NCBI GenBank assembly: GCA_051362555.1
Contig: CM120642.1
Location: forward strand, 8,928,001 to 8,992,000
DNA from: Lingula anatina
Taxonomy: Eukaryota > Animalia > Brachiopoda
Length of the DNA: 64,000 nucleotides
Direction: 5' to 3'
The notes below the pieces were generated by a model. It saw only the letters and a list, made by a program, of their open reading frames with translations, was not told the origin of the DNA and ran no database searches. The position numbers and the translations under genes were made by a program. How positions within the stretch are numbered: position 1 is the first letter of the stretch; the number at the start of each line of letters is the position of its first letter. Positions 38,751 to 51,290 of the stretch are shown piece after piece.

Positions 38751-41299
38751 GCAAAATATGGTTTAAGTCTTTTAAAATGTTACTAAGCTGCAAATGATCT
38801 TGCTGAGGTGAGTTATTAGTTCTTGTTTTCTTACTTTTACCCATAATCACGGAGAGACAGGGCAAGCTCCAGTAATTACACTGTCATCACATTCACGTTT
38901 TACAAGGTAGGGCCTGCAGCCTGAATGCATTAGCTGGGCTATAGTATACCCGCAGCATTGTGTGCGACAGTTTTTTTCACTCCAAATCTTCAAATTGTCA
39001 ACATGTGAGCCTCTTAATTACGCCAGTGCATGTTATGTATTGGCACAAGTTAGTAGCCTATTTAAAAAGGACCTACTGTTTTAAAAAAGTAACAGTTTGA
39101 AGAATTTCGTTGGCAAGGTACTATACATGTTCTACGTATTTTTATAATTCAGTGAACTTTTCAGCTTAGCAAGTTCAGTTGAGTGTGATACAGGCATGGG
39201 ACAGTCACTTCACTTGCGTTGATAAAAAATCAAATACTGTGTGTAGAATAACGAGAGCCTTGGATTTTATACATTAAGCATAATATTTAAGGATTGCCAT
39301 TCAGGATCACAGGCATAGGATGAAAAACAATGAGAAACCGCCCGAAGTCGAGTCTAGTTAATCAACATTATTTAAAACCTTAAAAATATTTTTACATATG
39401 AGCAGTACAGTGCCAATTTTACAGAACCTTTCCATGACCATTTACTTATTATTCATTTTATTTCAACATAATTTCATGAGGACAATTTTTTTGACATCAA
39501 ATAAATTGATAGAACATCCATTTCCCATTGAATGGGGGAGAGTGTGAAATGCATTCCAACTTGGTGTAGTTCTCTTATTTGGTCGGTGCCCCCCCCCCCC
39601 CCAAATTTATTTGCAAAGTTTTCATTCACTTGGATGTCTCTTTATAGTAAAACATTTTTTTAAAAAAATCGGACGTTAGAACATTATATAAAATAACGGT
39701 TACGTGAAATAACGCCCATTTCCCCATTGATATGAATGGAGACTAGTGCGAAACGCAGGGTGTAACATGCTTGGGCCTAGTTCTTTTATTTGTTCTGTGA
39801 CCCTCAATTTTTTTGCAAAATTTTAATGTACTTTTCAAACAAACTAACAAAAAATAAATGAATAAATAAAATAAAATGAAAAATAAAATCGAACGTTAGA
39901 CATGTAACGAACGATTTACCTTAAACGCGTATCGATAACTGCTATCTAAGCAGTGTGTAAACTGTCTATAATATTGAACCTAGGCTCATTAGAATGGTAT
40001 CAACTTATGTTTTTTCGGAAGGATTTCCAAATAACGAAATACTAGTCAAGGCGAAGTTTTAAGAACCAAGACATTGTATTTCTTATTTCTTTTCTTGATT
40101 CAAAATCTTGTTAGGCCGCAGACTAAATTTAGTTTGGTTGCCACGTTAATAACATAGCAGAACAGTCATGTCTTTTTCTTGTCCTGAATTCCAAAACGCT
40201 TTAAGCAAAATATGTGCTCAAAGACGAAATGAGCGCTATCCAGAAGAACACACACAATTATAAACAGTATAAATGCTTTTATTTGCACCAATGAGATTAA
40301 AAAATAGTGACAACACCCATGCTTAGCAACTTAAAGGTTAAGCTTGCACGAGAAAATGTTAAACAATGCGCTTTAGATATCATTGAGCGAACGCATACAA
40401 TTTAAATGCCGTAGCATATGACAAAATATTTACTTCACGTCATCACACCGATTTCCATCTGTTGTTGATACTCTTAGTCACCTACCCTATCCCGATAATT
40501 AGGACCGCCACACGCACCTTATTTCTAGTACAAGTAGTAGTAAACTACGTTCTACGGTAACTGTGGAGAAAATGCTGAATCTTGGCCAGATCACTGTGGC
40601 CACCCTAGCACCCCGAGCAGACTAGACGTTGCGCTAGTTATTTGTGATAATTATATTATAAATAAAAATGTGGTATGGATGAAATGATCCCGCCCCTCAC
40701 ATTTTCTGCATGCAGTCAGCAACATATCCTGGCATATACTCCGTCAACCAAATGTACACCGCTTTTGAAAGTATATTAAAAGCGTTTTAAAATGTGACAA
40801 ATCATTTTCTACGCCTACGATATATACCTCGGATAATTACAGGAAGACATGGCGGTATACCTAACCAGAAATTTTGAACTAAATTATCAAAATAGAAACA
40901 GTATATAGCAAAGAATCTTAGTGCAGGTGCGGACGAGTCTTAGGTGCTTAGGAAAAATTGTATGGCTTTTTTTTTTCTTTAGAAAACTTATATTTGGCGC
41001 AAAGACTCCGGATTTGTTACTTTTAAGAAACGTGTCACAACCTGACAACAAAATCACCTTCCATGGATAACGTATGGATTTTTTGCAGTAAGTACCACTT
41101 CGTATGGCTGTCAGAGCAGTGACACAATAAATTTGCGAGGGAAAAGGTATACTTGCAAGCCGACATTTTTCACAGGTCCTCATCTCTCACCCTCCATTCC
41201 CACACAAGATTTTTGCTAACTACGTCAACTTAGCGATGTCTGGAATAAATTGCGGTTCATTTTCTTGACGAATTCCTGGAGTTGCGTAGATGATTTTCT

Positions 41300-42474
41300 T
41301 TACCTCCGGAAGACGTCGCAGCGTAAAATGTTTTGTATTATCGGATGGTCGGCACGAAAATTGTCCAATATGAAATTAGTCGAAACTCTATAGTTCATTT
41401 GATTTTTCTTTGTAGCAGTACCGTTGATGTATGCAAATATGGGCTCCTTTTTCGAAAATACACCAATTAAGTTTGTGGCGACATTGTTATTTGTTTCGTT
41501 CCGCAGTGATGATAATTGAAATGCCTTCGCGATTTCAAATTTGATAGAATCATGATAATCATGAAAACGTTTGTTGGTCACTTGAATGTCATTGCACTGG
41601 ATTCGATACGAATTATATAGCATTGCTGCCCAATAATCAAGGAAAAGTTGTGAAAAATACCAAGAAATATGATCCAGTTCCTCGGTATACGGTAAAACAC
41701 AAGAGAGCGTATGTCTGTGAAAAGCTGTAAACATGGCATCGAATTTGAAATTTATATTTACGCGTGCTCCTTTTTCTATGTAATTCTTTGCATAATGTGG
41801 ATATCCGATGGCAGGTTCCCATTCCAGAAGAAAACTCTCGAAAATGTCAAACGGCGTGTCTTTGGTTGAGTTTCTACTTGTAGAGGAACTGTTAGTATTT
41901 TTGACTGTTGGCAATGGAAGTAATACCGCGTCGTCGTCCAAAAATATGTAGTACAAATAACCACCATCTTCGCGTTTGGAAGCCTGTCTGACGGCTTCCC
42001 TCAGCAGCATGTTTCTTCCTTGTGTCCAGGTACTTTTTGGAAAGTAAAAGTCTCCAGACCGGTCAGCGAACGTTAACCAGATAATCTGACGGTCAGATGA
42101 ATGTTTTAGTCCCTTAATTGATTTAACGCTTGGGCCTTGAATGAGGTACACAAAGCGAGCAGAAAGGCTTTCTGTATTTTCATATTTTCTATCTGTCAAA
42201 CTGGACATTGTCGCAGTTTTAACTTTGTCCTCTCCATCTGGGTTCTTCAGTGACGAGGACGCGGGAACAGCCGTCACCCTACTGCCGTGAACATTCTCGA
42301 CTATTTTTACACCTGAATCCTCTTGTTTCCCATTGTTATCATTCATGTTTACCTTGACACTTTTTGAAGACGACTGGGTGACCATAAAGGTTACGATTTA
42401 TTAAAGTAACTTGCCGTAAAAATCAGCATCAAAATAACCAATGCACTGAATATTCCCCTCCAGTTTCTTCTCAT
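41300..42474 (-). pseudogene. Uncharacterised DxD-motif (GT-A fold-like) type II membrane protein; 361-aa ORF separated from its signal anchor by a 1-nt frameshift
   Basis: STWTQGRNMLL...YLYYIFLDDD, EWEPAIGYP, FDAMFTAFH and LPY motifs. An upstream ATG at 42474 encodes MRRNWRGIFSALVILMLIFTASYFNK; the paralogue near 8450 has one more base here and stays in frame. Confidence 0.75.
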
Positions 42475-44099
42475 TTTTCTCGCCTCTGGGATACACCTAT
42501 AACAATAGATAAAAATGCATTTAGAAATGAGCTATATATATTTCTACCTGTAGATCATTGTTGCGGAAAACGCGACCTCTAGTCTGAAAGGCAGACGTCC
42601 TATTTAACCGTGCACACTTTACGGTAACGAAGAGAAAAAACAATTTAGCTGCAACAGTATTTTTCTTCACACATGTCACCGTTCTTTTAAAAAAGTGGTG
42701 ACTCCTCATGAAAATATGAAAATAGCCTATGAAGAATGATGTCCTTACGTCCACTGAATAATTTATACTGGTAAATTGAATACCCCTTATCGAACAAAAT
42801 ATATAACAAGGTAGAACGGCAAGTGCGGCTTGAGGTTCATCCTAGTTTAGACTCTCTCTGTACTCTGAATAGGTGGGTGACGAAGGTGGTAATGTTAAAT
42901 TGTGGTGCCCTTCCTCGTAGAACAATTGAATGCTAGACGTTGATATGTCATTTACAAGGGAGTCCCCAATGATAGAGAACCCGGTTCCATGGATAAGTCT
43001 AAGCCCCGTCCCAGATTTTGATTAACTTCTTCATGTTACCCCTTACCTGTACAAATGTAATGGAGGGCGGATACTCTGTATGCACAATTATGTCTTATAA
43101 AGTAACTGTCAATTCACTGCGGTGTAGAGCCCCATTTTGCAATATTATTTATTTTAAGTCACTGAAATGGTGTAAAGTACTATAGAGGTAGATCAGGAAT
43201 GGGGACATAGTTGCCTCGGCTAGGTACGCTGACATTGGTCAGGCTACCGCTGGGGTGGACTACATATTCACAAGATACATGTATAATGTATTTTACATTG
43301 TTAATTCCTAGTCCACCATGATTAGGAACTTACGTTGGGGGCTAATAAACCCATCTTGAGGGATTTGCAAATCAAGGCTGTTCTGATATTTAATTGTGTC
43401 TTGGACATGTTCTTCACTGTTATAGACTAGGGCATATAACAGTAAAAACGCTATAAAAATATAAATACCATCACCCAAGGACAGCAAGCTCAAACTAAAA
43501 TTCCGCATATATGTTTATTAATTCTAATTATTTCAAATTCCTCAGTCTAAAGATCTTAGGGTATATTTCAATCAACCACCCCCAGGGACAACCACAATCA
43601 TAGTCAAAAAAAATTCGAAGTGCCCATGCACATTTCTTACGATTGTGTATTAATCCCCAACGATTTAATTTCCTTACTTTAAAGATATAAGGGTAAATGG
43701 CAGAAATTAAGATTTAAAAATTACAATCAACCACCCCTAGGGACGAACACACCCCAAGTTACAAAAAAAAATCTGAAGTGCCCATGCATATGTCTTACAA
43801 TATCTTTACTAATCCTTGACGTTTCAACTTCCTAACTCTAATGGTCTGGGAAATTACAGTCTAGAATAAATTGTATATATGTTCGTCCGCCACAGGGGCA
43901 GCCTGGCCAAATTCATCGTACATAGTAGAGGAAAACCCGTCACCATTTTAATTCTACCTCAGTAGCATAGTACTCACCGTTTTAGGTTCTGGTTGCAAAA
44001 TGCGTTGCAGTTGCAAAATGCATATTTCGCGATTTTTTTGCTTACCCTAACACAACACTTGCAACCGGTTGCAAAATGCGTTCAGTTACAATATGCAGC

Positions 44100-45480
44100 T
44101 CTACACAGCATTGATTTGACTAAATTCCTGGAGTCCCCAAAACGCAGAATCATACTCTAACACTGGGGCTACTAATACATAAGGCATGCTCCCTTTTGCT
44201 TTGGATTTTGCTGTCAGAAGGCCTAGAGTTCTACCTGCAGATTTTGCTTTGCAAGATACCGTCTTACTCATATCAAAATGCTCAAAATATCCCATGCCTA
44301 AGTATTTGTATTTTACAGCAACATTTACTCCAAAGATACCACATGTAAACATATAATCAGTCCTAGGCACACTGGGTGTCCGAAAATTAATTATCTGAGT
44401 TGTATCCTCATTCAGAGTCAGCTGCCATTTATGACACCACTTGTACACTACATCAAACATTGCTTGCAAAACTTATTCATTTTTTCTTTCCCAGCTGGAA
44501 ACACAACATCATCCGGATAAAGAAGATAACAGATCAGATCAGCTCCTACATCAGAGCCCTTAACCACTGCTTTAACATCATGTACCAAATCATTAATATA
44601 CTATAGGATTTCAAAAAGAAAGGGTAACACCAGACACCCCTTTTTTACTCCAGTATCTGTGCCAAAGAAACCTGTTGTATAATTATTTACCCAAACACAA
44701 CACTTGGGTTTACTATGCAAGGCCTGAAGGGAATTCATGAAATTTCCGCAAATTCCCAACTTATTAAGTTTGTACCATAAATAAGACCTGTTAATTCTGT
44801 CGAATGCTTTTCTTGCATCGATGTAACACGCATATAGGCTTTGATTTTGCTTTAGACTATTTTCTTTAATACTAGATATGATATACATTCAGATGATCCG
44901 AACCCCCTCGATCTTGTCTAAGGGCGCATTCCCATAGATTTTAGATCGATCTATCCCTGTGGGGAGTCTCTCTAGATTACTGTCAGATAATTCGGCTTAA
45001 ATGTCCGTCCCGCCTACCACAAGCTGTAAGAGGGTAATTAACTTTCGTTCCCGCTCGGCTGACCGCTATTTAGCGTTAACCCCCAGAGAGTTAGGTCGAT
45101 CTAGTTGGATCGATCTAATCTCTGGGAATGGGGTCTAAACCATTTTGCTCGTCAGCTATTATGTTATTGTCGTCAGCCCATTTTGATAAACTTCTGTTCA
45201 GTGTAAATGTATATACATCGTACATACGTTAAATGTTAAATAATGTTATTCCACTGTATTCTAGTGGATCACATAGATTAACATTATTACCCTTATAGGA
45301 TTAGGAATTGAGTTAATAACGGACTTGAGCCAGGCACTAGGCACGACTGAATTAACAAAGCAGAACTGCAGAAATCTAATAGTCGTCTTATTTTTCAGAC
45401 ACTCTGCGGGAAGGTAATCAAACCCCGGGCTTTTGTCACACTTAGCACTATTCACTGTATACTCAACCTCTTCTAACCGA
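44100..45480 (-). mobile_element. Degenerate LINE (CR1/L2-like) reverse transcriptase fragment, copy B
   Basis: KSPGFDYLPAECLK, YACYIDARKAFD, GVKKGC, WCHKWQLTLN, YKYLG and APVLEY motifs. Confidence 0.9.
44922..45135. mobile_element. PIF/Harbinger (Tourist-like) MITE inside the LINE
   Basis: TAA on both sides; TIRs cattcccatagatt.tagatcgat / atcgatctaatctctgggaatg; empty site at 10556-10570. Confidence 0.88.
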
Positions 45481-45881
45481 ATGTCAATTAAGTACAGTGT
45501 AGTGCGTACCCCAGCTGTAATAGATCTATCATTGCACTATCAACGATTTATATAGGCTTGAAATTTTATCATCTAAAAACTCGACACAACATTGAAAAAA
45601 ACGGATATATCATTGCAACTCGATTGTGGTTCGTTGCGATTTGCGATTTGCAGTAGTTGTTAGTTGCGCTCTACATGTACTTCCTGGTTTTAACAAGGTC
45701 CTTAAAATGATTTGCGTCGGACCGTCGGAATGGCTTGAACGGAACATATTCTTCATAAACATGCCTAATTAATGATACCTTAATCAAAATACACAAATTT
45801 GAAGCTAGTTTTGTAAATTTTGAGCTTAAAAATCCTTTTCGCTAGGTATGGGATTTAATGAGCTACGTGGCCACGTGGTCC

Positions 45882-46407
45882 CAGGGCCGTAGCCTCCGGG
45901 GGGGGGGGGGGCCCGGGGGGCAGGTGCCCCCCTGGGATTTGAGCTGCAAAAAAAAAAAATAATCGCAAAGGTAAAAAAAAATAATTGCAAAGTTGGTATC
46001 AATTCTGTGAGAAAATGCACTCATGGCCACTAGACAATCATTCAACAATCTTACAAAGGTGACTGTTTTTAGCCAACTCAGTTCATGCCAAAAAGCTCAC
46101 CCTCCCTTAGGGAGCTCTCCTGATCCTATTCCTAATCCTGAGACAATCTACGAAATGAAGTCCAACTGGCGTGTTGTGTTGAAAAAATGACTGTACTTAC
46201 GGCAAAATGAACCCACAATTTCTGACTTCTGATTGAGCACTAAATAAGTTAAAATGCACCAGAATGCAGTATTATACATACAGTTTTTAAAAATTTTCCA
46301 CACCGTGGGAGGGGGACACCCCCTCCCACACCCTCCCCTTCTCGGGGCCTTTGCCCCTCGTGTCCGCTTACTGCCCCCCCTGGCATTTTGCTCAGGCTAC
46401 GGCCCTG
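45882..46407. mobile_element. hAT-like MITE with 5-bp TSD
   Basis: TIRs CAGGGCCGTAGCC / GGCTACGGCCCTG flanked by GGTCC on both sides. Confidence 0.85.
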
Positions 46408-47000
46408 GGTCCGGGAACGACAACGAGCCACCGGAGGAGAGAGCCGGCTTGTTAAGTAAGCTTTCAAACTACTGATATCAATTCATGCCCATTCCACCTC
46501 TCTTACCTGAGGGGTTTATATCTTCGTGAAGCCAGCTTCCTGTCTATAAACTAGCATTTCATTACCGTTATCCCCAATAGTATAAAGTACTGCAGTTAAA
46601 TGACTTGGGGGTATTTTGATCATTCGATATTAGGTCTATGTTATTTGCGTTAAGTTTTGCGAAAAGTTTTGCGTAAAGACGCAGTACTTTGGGTTCTACT
46701 TATAAATAATTAATATTATTTAATATTCAGTTGAAATACCCTTTAGAAACAAATAAGAAATCTACCCGGTAAAAGCACATAACACATTATTTCGTGCACC
46801 GAATTAGGAATAGGAACCATTTCATTACAGCCGTTTCCATTCTTTATTCTCTTTAATATTACGTCTCTTTCTTCTCAACGACGTTTTCTTCCTCGGAAGT
46901 AATGCCTGGGCATGTGCATTAAGATACCCTGAGGCGATCTCTCTCATGAATGTTCGCAACCGTGTTGAGCTCACTTGTTTAAATATCGATATTGCGGGGA

Positions 47001-47173
47001 CTGGGGCGGATTGAGGCCATCTTCTGGGTCTTCCACAAGACGGTCAGATTTTCAAGTTTACATGATGGGTATTTATCTTTTTTCTGTCGGAAGACGGTCA
47101 AAAATGGAGGATGGATCAACAAAAATAATTGTCAAAAAAAAACTGTCAAAAAATATCTCTGGATCCGACCCTG
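47001..47173. mobile_element. Short hAT-like MITE; relative of 38584-38750
   Basis: ctggggcggatt...ggatccgaccctg. Confidence 0.7.
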
Positions 47174-47874
47174 GGTAAACGTCATTTAAAAATACCAATG
47201 ACATTACCCCATGAAATAAAAGAGATATATTGAAAAAATATTAAAGCCCACCAAGAATCTGATAGGTTGAGTTACCTGTCATTACCTGGCTTGGGGATTG
47301 CGGCGGTGCATAATTATAATTAACAAGTATTATTGTTAAAAATCCGCTTCAACATCGCACTCATGGCTCCGATCCAGTGTTTTTCCTGCTAAAAATGACC
47401 AGGCAGCTTTACGTCTTACACCACTCGACGTCATATGACGTGCACTTCCGGCACAATCCTTTCTCCTCCGGTTCCCTTTCTTCAATAAGCGAAGCGCGCG
47501 TGTTATTATGGACTGATTCAATTACTGATACATTGGTGTGTAGTGTTCAGTCTCATAATAACATACACTAAGGAAGGTCATGGTGCAACCGAATGCTTTG
47601 TTCTGCTTTTTCATTTTGTGTAGAAAAAAGAATGTTTAAACTTATTATTATTATCAATAGACTACACGGATGTATTTTAATCAGAAAATATTAAATAATA
47701 TATAAAATTTTTAATTTTGAAATGTTTATACATAATAAAACATGGCTTTATTCATGTTCATCAGTAAAATGTTTTGGCCTTTTATGAATACTTTCTTCAT
47801 GTGAAAATTTACCGCAAGTTTTGTTTTCTATTAGAGGTACAGAGTGATTCAATCTTTTAAAAGCTTCCATCCTT

Positions 47875-48205
47875 TGTTACCTCGGGCAAGGAAGTTATGT
47901 TTTTGGTTCCGTTAGTTTGTCTGCCTGTCTATCTGTCTGTCTGTCTGTCTGTCTGTCTGTTACATGTAGCAACATTACAGAAAAAGTTTTGGACCGATTT
48001 TGATGAAATTTCCTGGAACTGTCAGTAGTGGGCCAAGGAACAGAGGATTAGTTTTTGGTGGTGATGCGGATATTTAATCAATCAATAATCAATAATCAAA
48101 AATGAAAAAAAAAACTTTATCACTATAGAATGAAAACTTAGGGGTAAAACGGCATTGGGTGGAGACTTTGCTGCCTTGGCGGAGGTCTGCGCTCTCGGAG
48201 TGTTT
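47875..48205 (+). mobile_element. Short HINE (Helentron-type non-autonomous element)
   Basis: ttacctcgggcaagg...(tctg)n...ccttggcggaggt followed by a gcgctc-tcg-gagtgt hairpin and a T run. Confidence 0.85.
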
Positions 48206-49099
48206 TTTTAATTATCTGATAATATAACTAGCAACCAAAACTTGCCGCCATGTTTAATTACATTCAAGACACTAAAATGACGAATTATGCATGCGCAAAG
48301 GCAATTTGCAATTGGTATTTACTCGACGCAAATTATAGCTTCGAAACTAACGGTGATATCGTTATTAGCTCTAGGTAACACATTGCCATACTTTCAAGTT
48401 ATGCAATAGCGACAAATCGCCATGGCTGTGCTCTGTCGCAATTTGCGATGCTTTCGTTTAATTTCTTTCAGGACTGGCGCAAATGGCGTAATTTAAGAAG
48501 TGTCACAATGGCGGACCCCACTGGCCTATTCCAACCCTTTAGGGGTGAGATCTAAAGGTTTTGGAATATTACTGGCTAGATTTATAACGGCAATAAAGCG
48601 CCAAAATGGCAGTCCATATCAACCAGGTGTGGTGTTTCATATTATTCGCATTTATTAGCGATTTAAGTCGCAGCAGCATCTTGAAGTATAACCCTTCTTC
48701 AATACAGTTTAAATATTTAAATTAAATGTGCAATAGAAATATTTTGAACTTAAAAAATATAATAGCAGTATTTCATTTCGTTTCATAATTTTATTTTTGT
48801 CAGTTGCAGGCCTAGGTTCTCTTACAAGTGTTGCAGCCGGATGGCAGAGATTCATGTGCAACCGAAGTGATGTATGGCTCCTGGTAATAGATGACCTACA
48901 TATTAAAAGCTTTAGGGAAACCCTTGAGGCGCGACGAAAAAAAGCTTTTTGGTTTTCGTGCCAGGTACGAGCATGATAGGTTAATGGAAATATAGTATTC
49001 ATCTGGACAAGAGGACGACCGCAAATACCTTCAGTATAATGGGTAACTTTCCGAAAACATTACCGGTTCTCTCAGCTCTAATGCCACCCCCCACCAAAA

Positions 49100-49680
49100 A
49101 ACTGCCACTACGAATATCCTGACAATAAGTAGTAAATTGTAGATGCGTAGTAAAAGTATTTCAGAAATATTTGTCATTTATTCCACCAGAACCTAGATTC
49201 TGCAGGCGCCACTTGCCTGGAAAGGAATGTTTTCCTTTGTTCAGTTCCCAACCAGTAGGTGTAAATGTTTTATCGGGGTACCTGCCCAAGATGTTTCAAG
49301 AGGCTGGCATAAGTGTAGAAGGGAGAAATATCAGTGATCACAGTGGTAAAGTAACATGTTGAACCGTGTTATATAAAGCTGGCTTTGATGAACGAATCAA
49401 GAAACGAAGTGGTCATTCTTCTGATGCGGTGCGTACATACAAGAGGCCCTCTTAGGAATTAGAGAAGAGGGTGATGAGCGACGCATTGCAACCACCCAGA
49501 CCAAAATCTACCCCTGCCGTGGTTGCATCGTGAGTTTCAGCAACTTCCCAGCCTGCAAGATCTCTATCGTCACCTCCAATGCAGCAAAATACGGAAAAGG
49601 ACGAGAACATTTTAACAACTGAAATACCTTCTGTTATTGAAGAAATTTTAATGATAAAAACAGCAAAAAAACGCTTCTGA
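49100..49680 (+). mobile_element. Crypton-like (DUF3504) tyrosine recombinase relic
   Basis: SQPVGVNVLSGYLPKMFQEAG...ISDHSGKVTC-stop-TVLYKAGFDE...KKRSGHSSDAVRTYKRPS. Confidence 0.78.
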
Positions 49681-49802
49681 AATATAACAAAAGCTTTTTT
49701 TTCTTTCTTTTATAGTATATATGGTGATAAACGCTCTGCCCCTTATGAACTTGTTTTCAGGTGTGTTTAAGGCTCGGTGCTTCAGTTAGTAGTTTTTGCG
49801 TG

Positions 49803-51290
49803 TGTTAGCGGGTTATACTGCATTCATGTCAGAGATGCAGTTATTATGTTCTCCACTTTCACCGTGTAAAGATATATAACCGGTTTACAAAACGTCATGT
49901 TATTGAGTAACATAGTACCGCTTATCCTGCTACTGGGGCCACGTATAAATTCTCCGTTATTCTTCAGTCAGTCGTCACTCGTCAGATGTATGTGTAAATG
50001 TACAATAAGAATAAAGAAGCTGGTGATCGATTTGCAGTTTAGTATATGTGTTATCTATACTCGGCTTCAGTTGGAGCAGTCGACAGGAATTTGAAGGCTA
50101 TGGTTCCTACTGATGTCAGTAAGATTGATGGTGAAAATCAGTGAAATCTAGCCTAAGAGGAGAAGGTACCTTGGAGGTGGGCGTGGCTGATAAAGAACCC
50201 GATCTCACCAGACCTCAACCATGGCGTGTACCATTGTTAGCAGACTATATCAACTGTTGTGCCCTCTTGGTTCGCGATTTACCAAAGTAAAACGCTGTAA
50301 TGACTGTTATGGCCAACATTGCCTTTCCAATATCCATAAGACAATTCAGCCGAGAACTCCGTATATTCGTTCTGTATGCACTCGGGCTGTTCAGACTGTC
50401 ATTTACTGTTTACTGTCGTAGCGTCTGTTAGTTGTGTGAAGATACGCCTAGTGCTCATTAAACACATTAAGAGAGAGACTGTTACGACGTTGACGACATT
50501 AGCTCTCTCATCGAGTATTGCCGACAAGTACGCACACATAAATGCGGAGAGCTATTCGTGGAGTTTGGACAGTCTTCTTCTGACCGTGTCATCACCCGTT
50601 TGCTGTGAGCTACGAATCCGGAGGAGATCGACAAGGACTCGAGAACGGCTTTATTGTTTGTTTCGAGGCATCACGAATCCGGTGGAGATTGACAAGGACC
50701 TGAGATCAGCACTGCTATTTGTTTTGAGCCATCCTCAGTCGCAAGACCACGAATCCGAATCAACACCCACGAACGGAGACATGAGAACGGAGCTTGTTTT
50801 AATCAAAGACGACTGTCAACCGCCGTCAAGAAGGATGCAGTGACATTTTTGACGTATGTGAATGAACATTTACGAATGGATATTGTTTATTTGACTCATT
50901 CACCGTTTTCATTAGGTTGTTGGAGTAGTGGACTACTATATTGAGTCGTTAATTTCAGTGAACAGGGGATTTTAAGGAGATCCAGCAAACGATAAGTATA
51001 AGCAATTTGTATCCCTTTTTTGCATATGTGTTGCCTGTTGTGTTGCTTTTTGCGTAGCTGATTATTGTGATACATGTATCTCCTTGCTGATGTTGCCAAG
51101 ATGGTGCTTTAGAATTATGTGCTGCTGATTATTACGCTACACTCTGCAGTTAAATGTGATCATAATCGCGCTGTTTCGCTTAACTGTGATTTGAGCCGTT
51201 CCTGTGGGTGAAGCTTCTGTGTGTAACAGTTGCTTATCTTTTTAATTTTTAGTTTGTGTAACTTGTTTTATATCGTTACCCTGAAATAAG
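49803..51290 (+). mobile_element. Probable decayed LTR (49803-50069) with PBS-like motif and non-coding internal region, copy B
   Basis: TG...CA ends, TATAAA, TCAGTC and AATAAA, then gt-TGGAGCAGTCGACAGGA resembling a tRNA-Ser PBS; no second LTR or TSD found. Confidence 0.5.

Noticed and set aside
37560-38865. Coiled-coil fragments resembling LINE ORF1
   Set aside because: Too degenerate to assign without a search, and no linked endonuclease or RT was seen
50376-50843. 155-aa ORF
   Set aside because: No recognisable domain, and the frame is not preserved in the paralogous sequence at 11.9-12.35 kb
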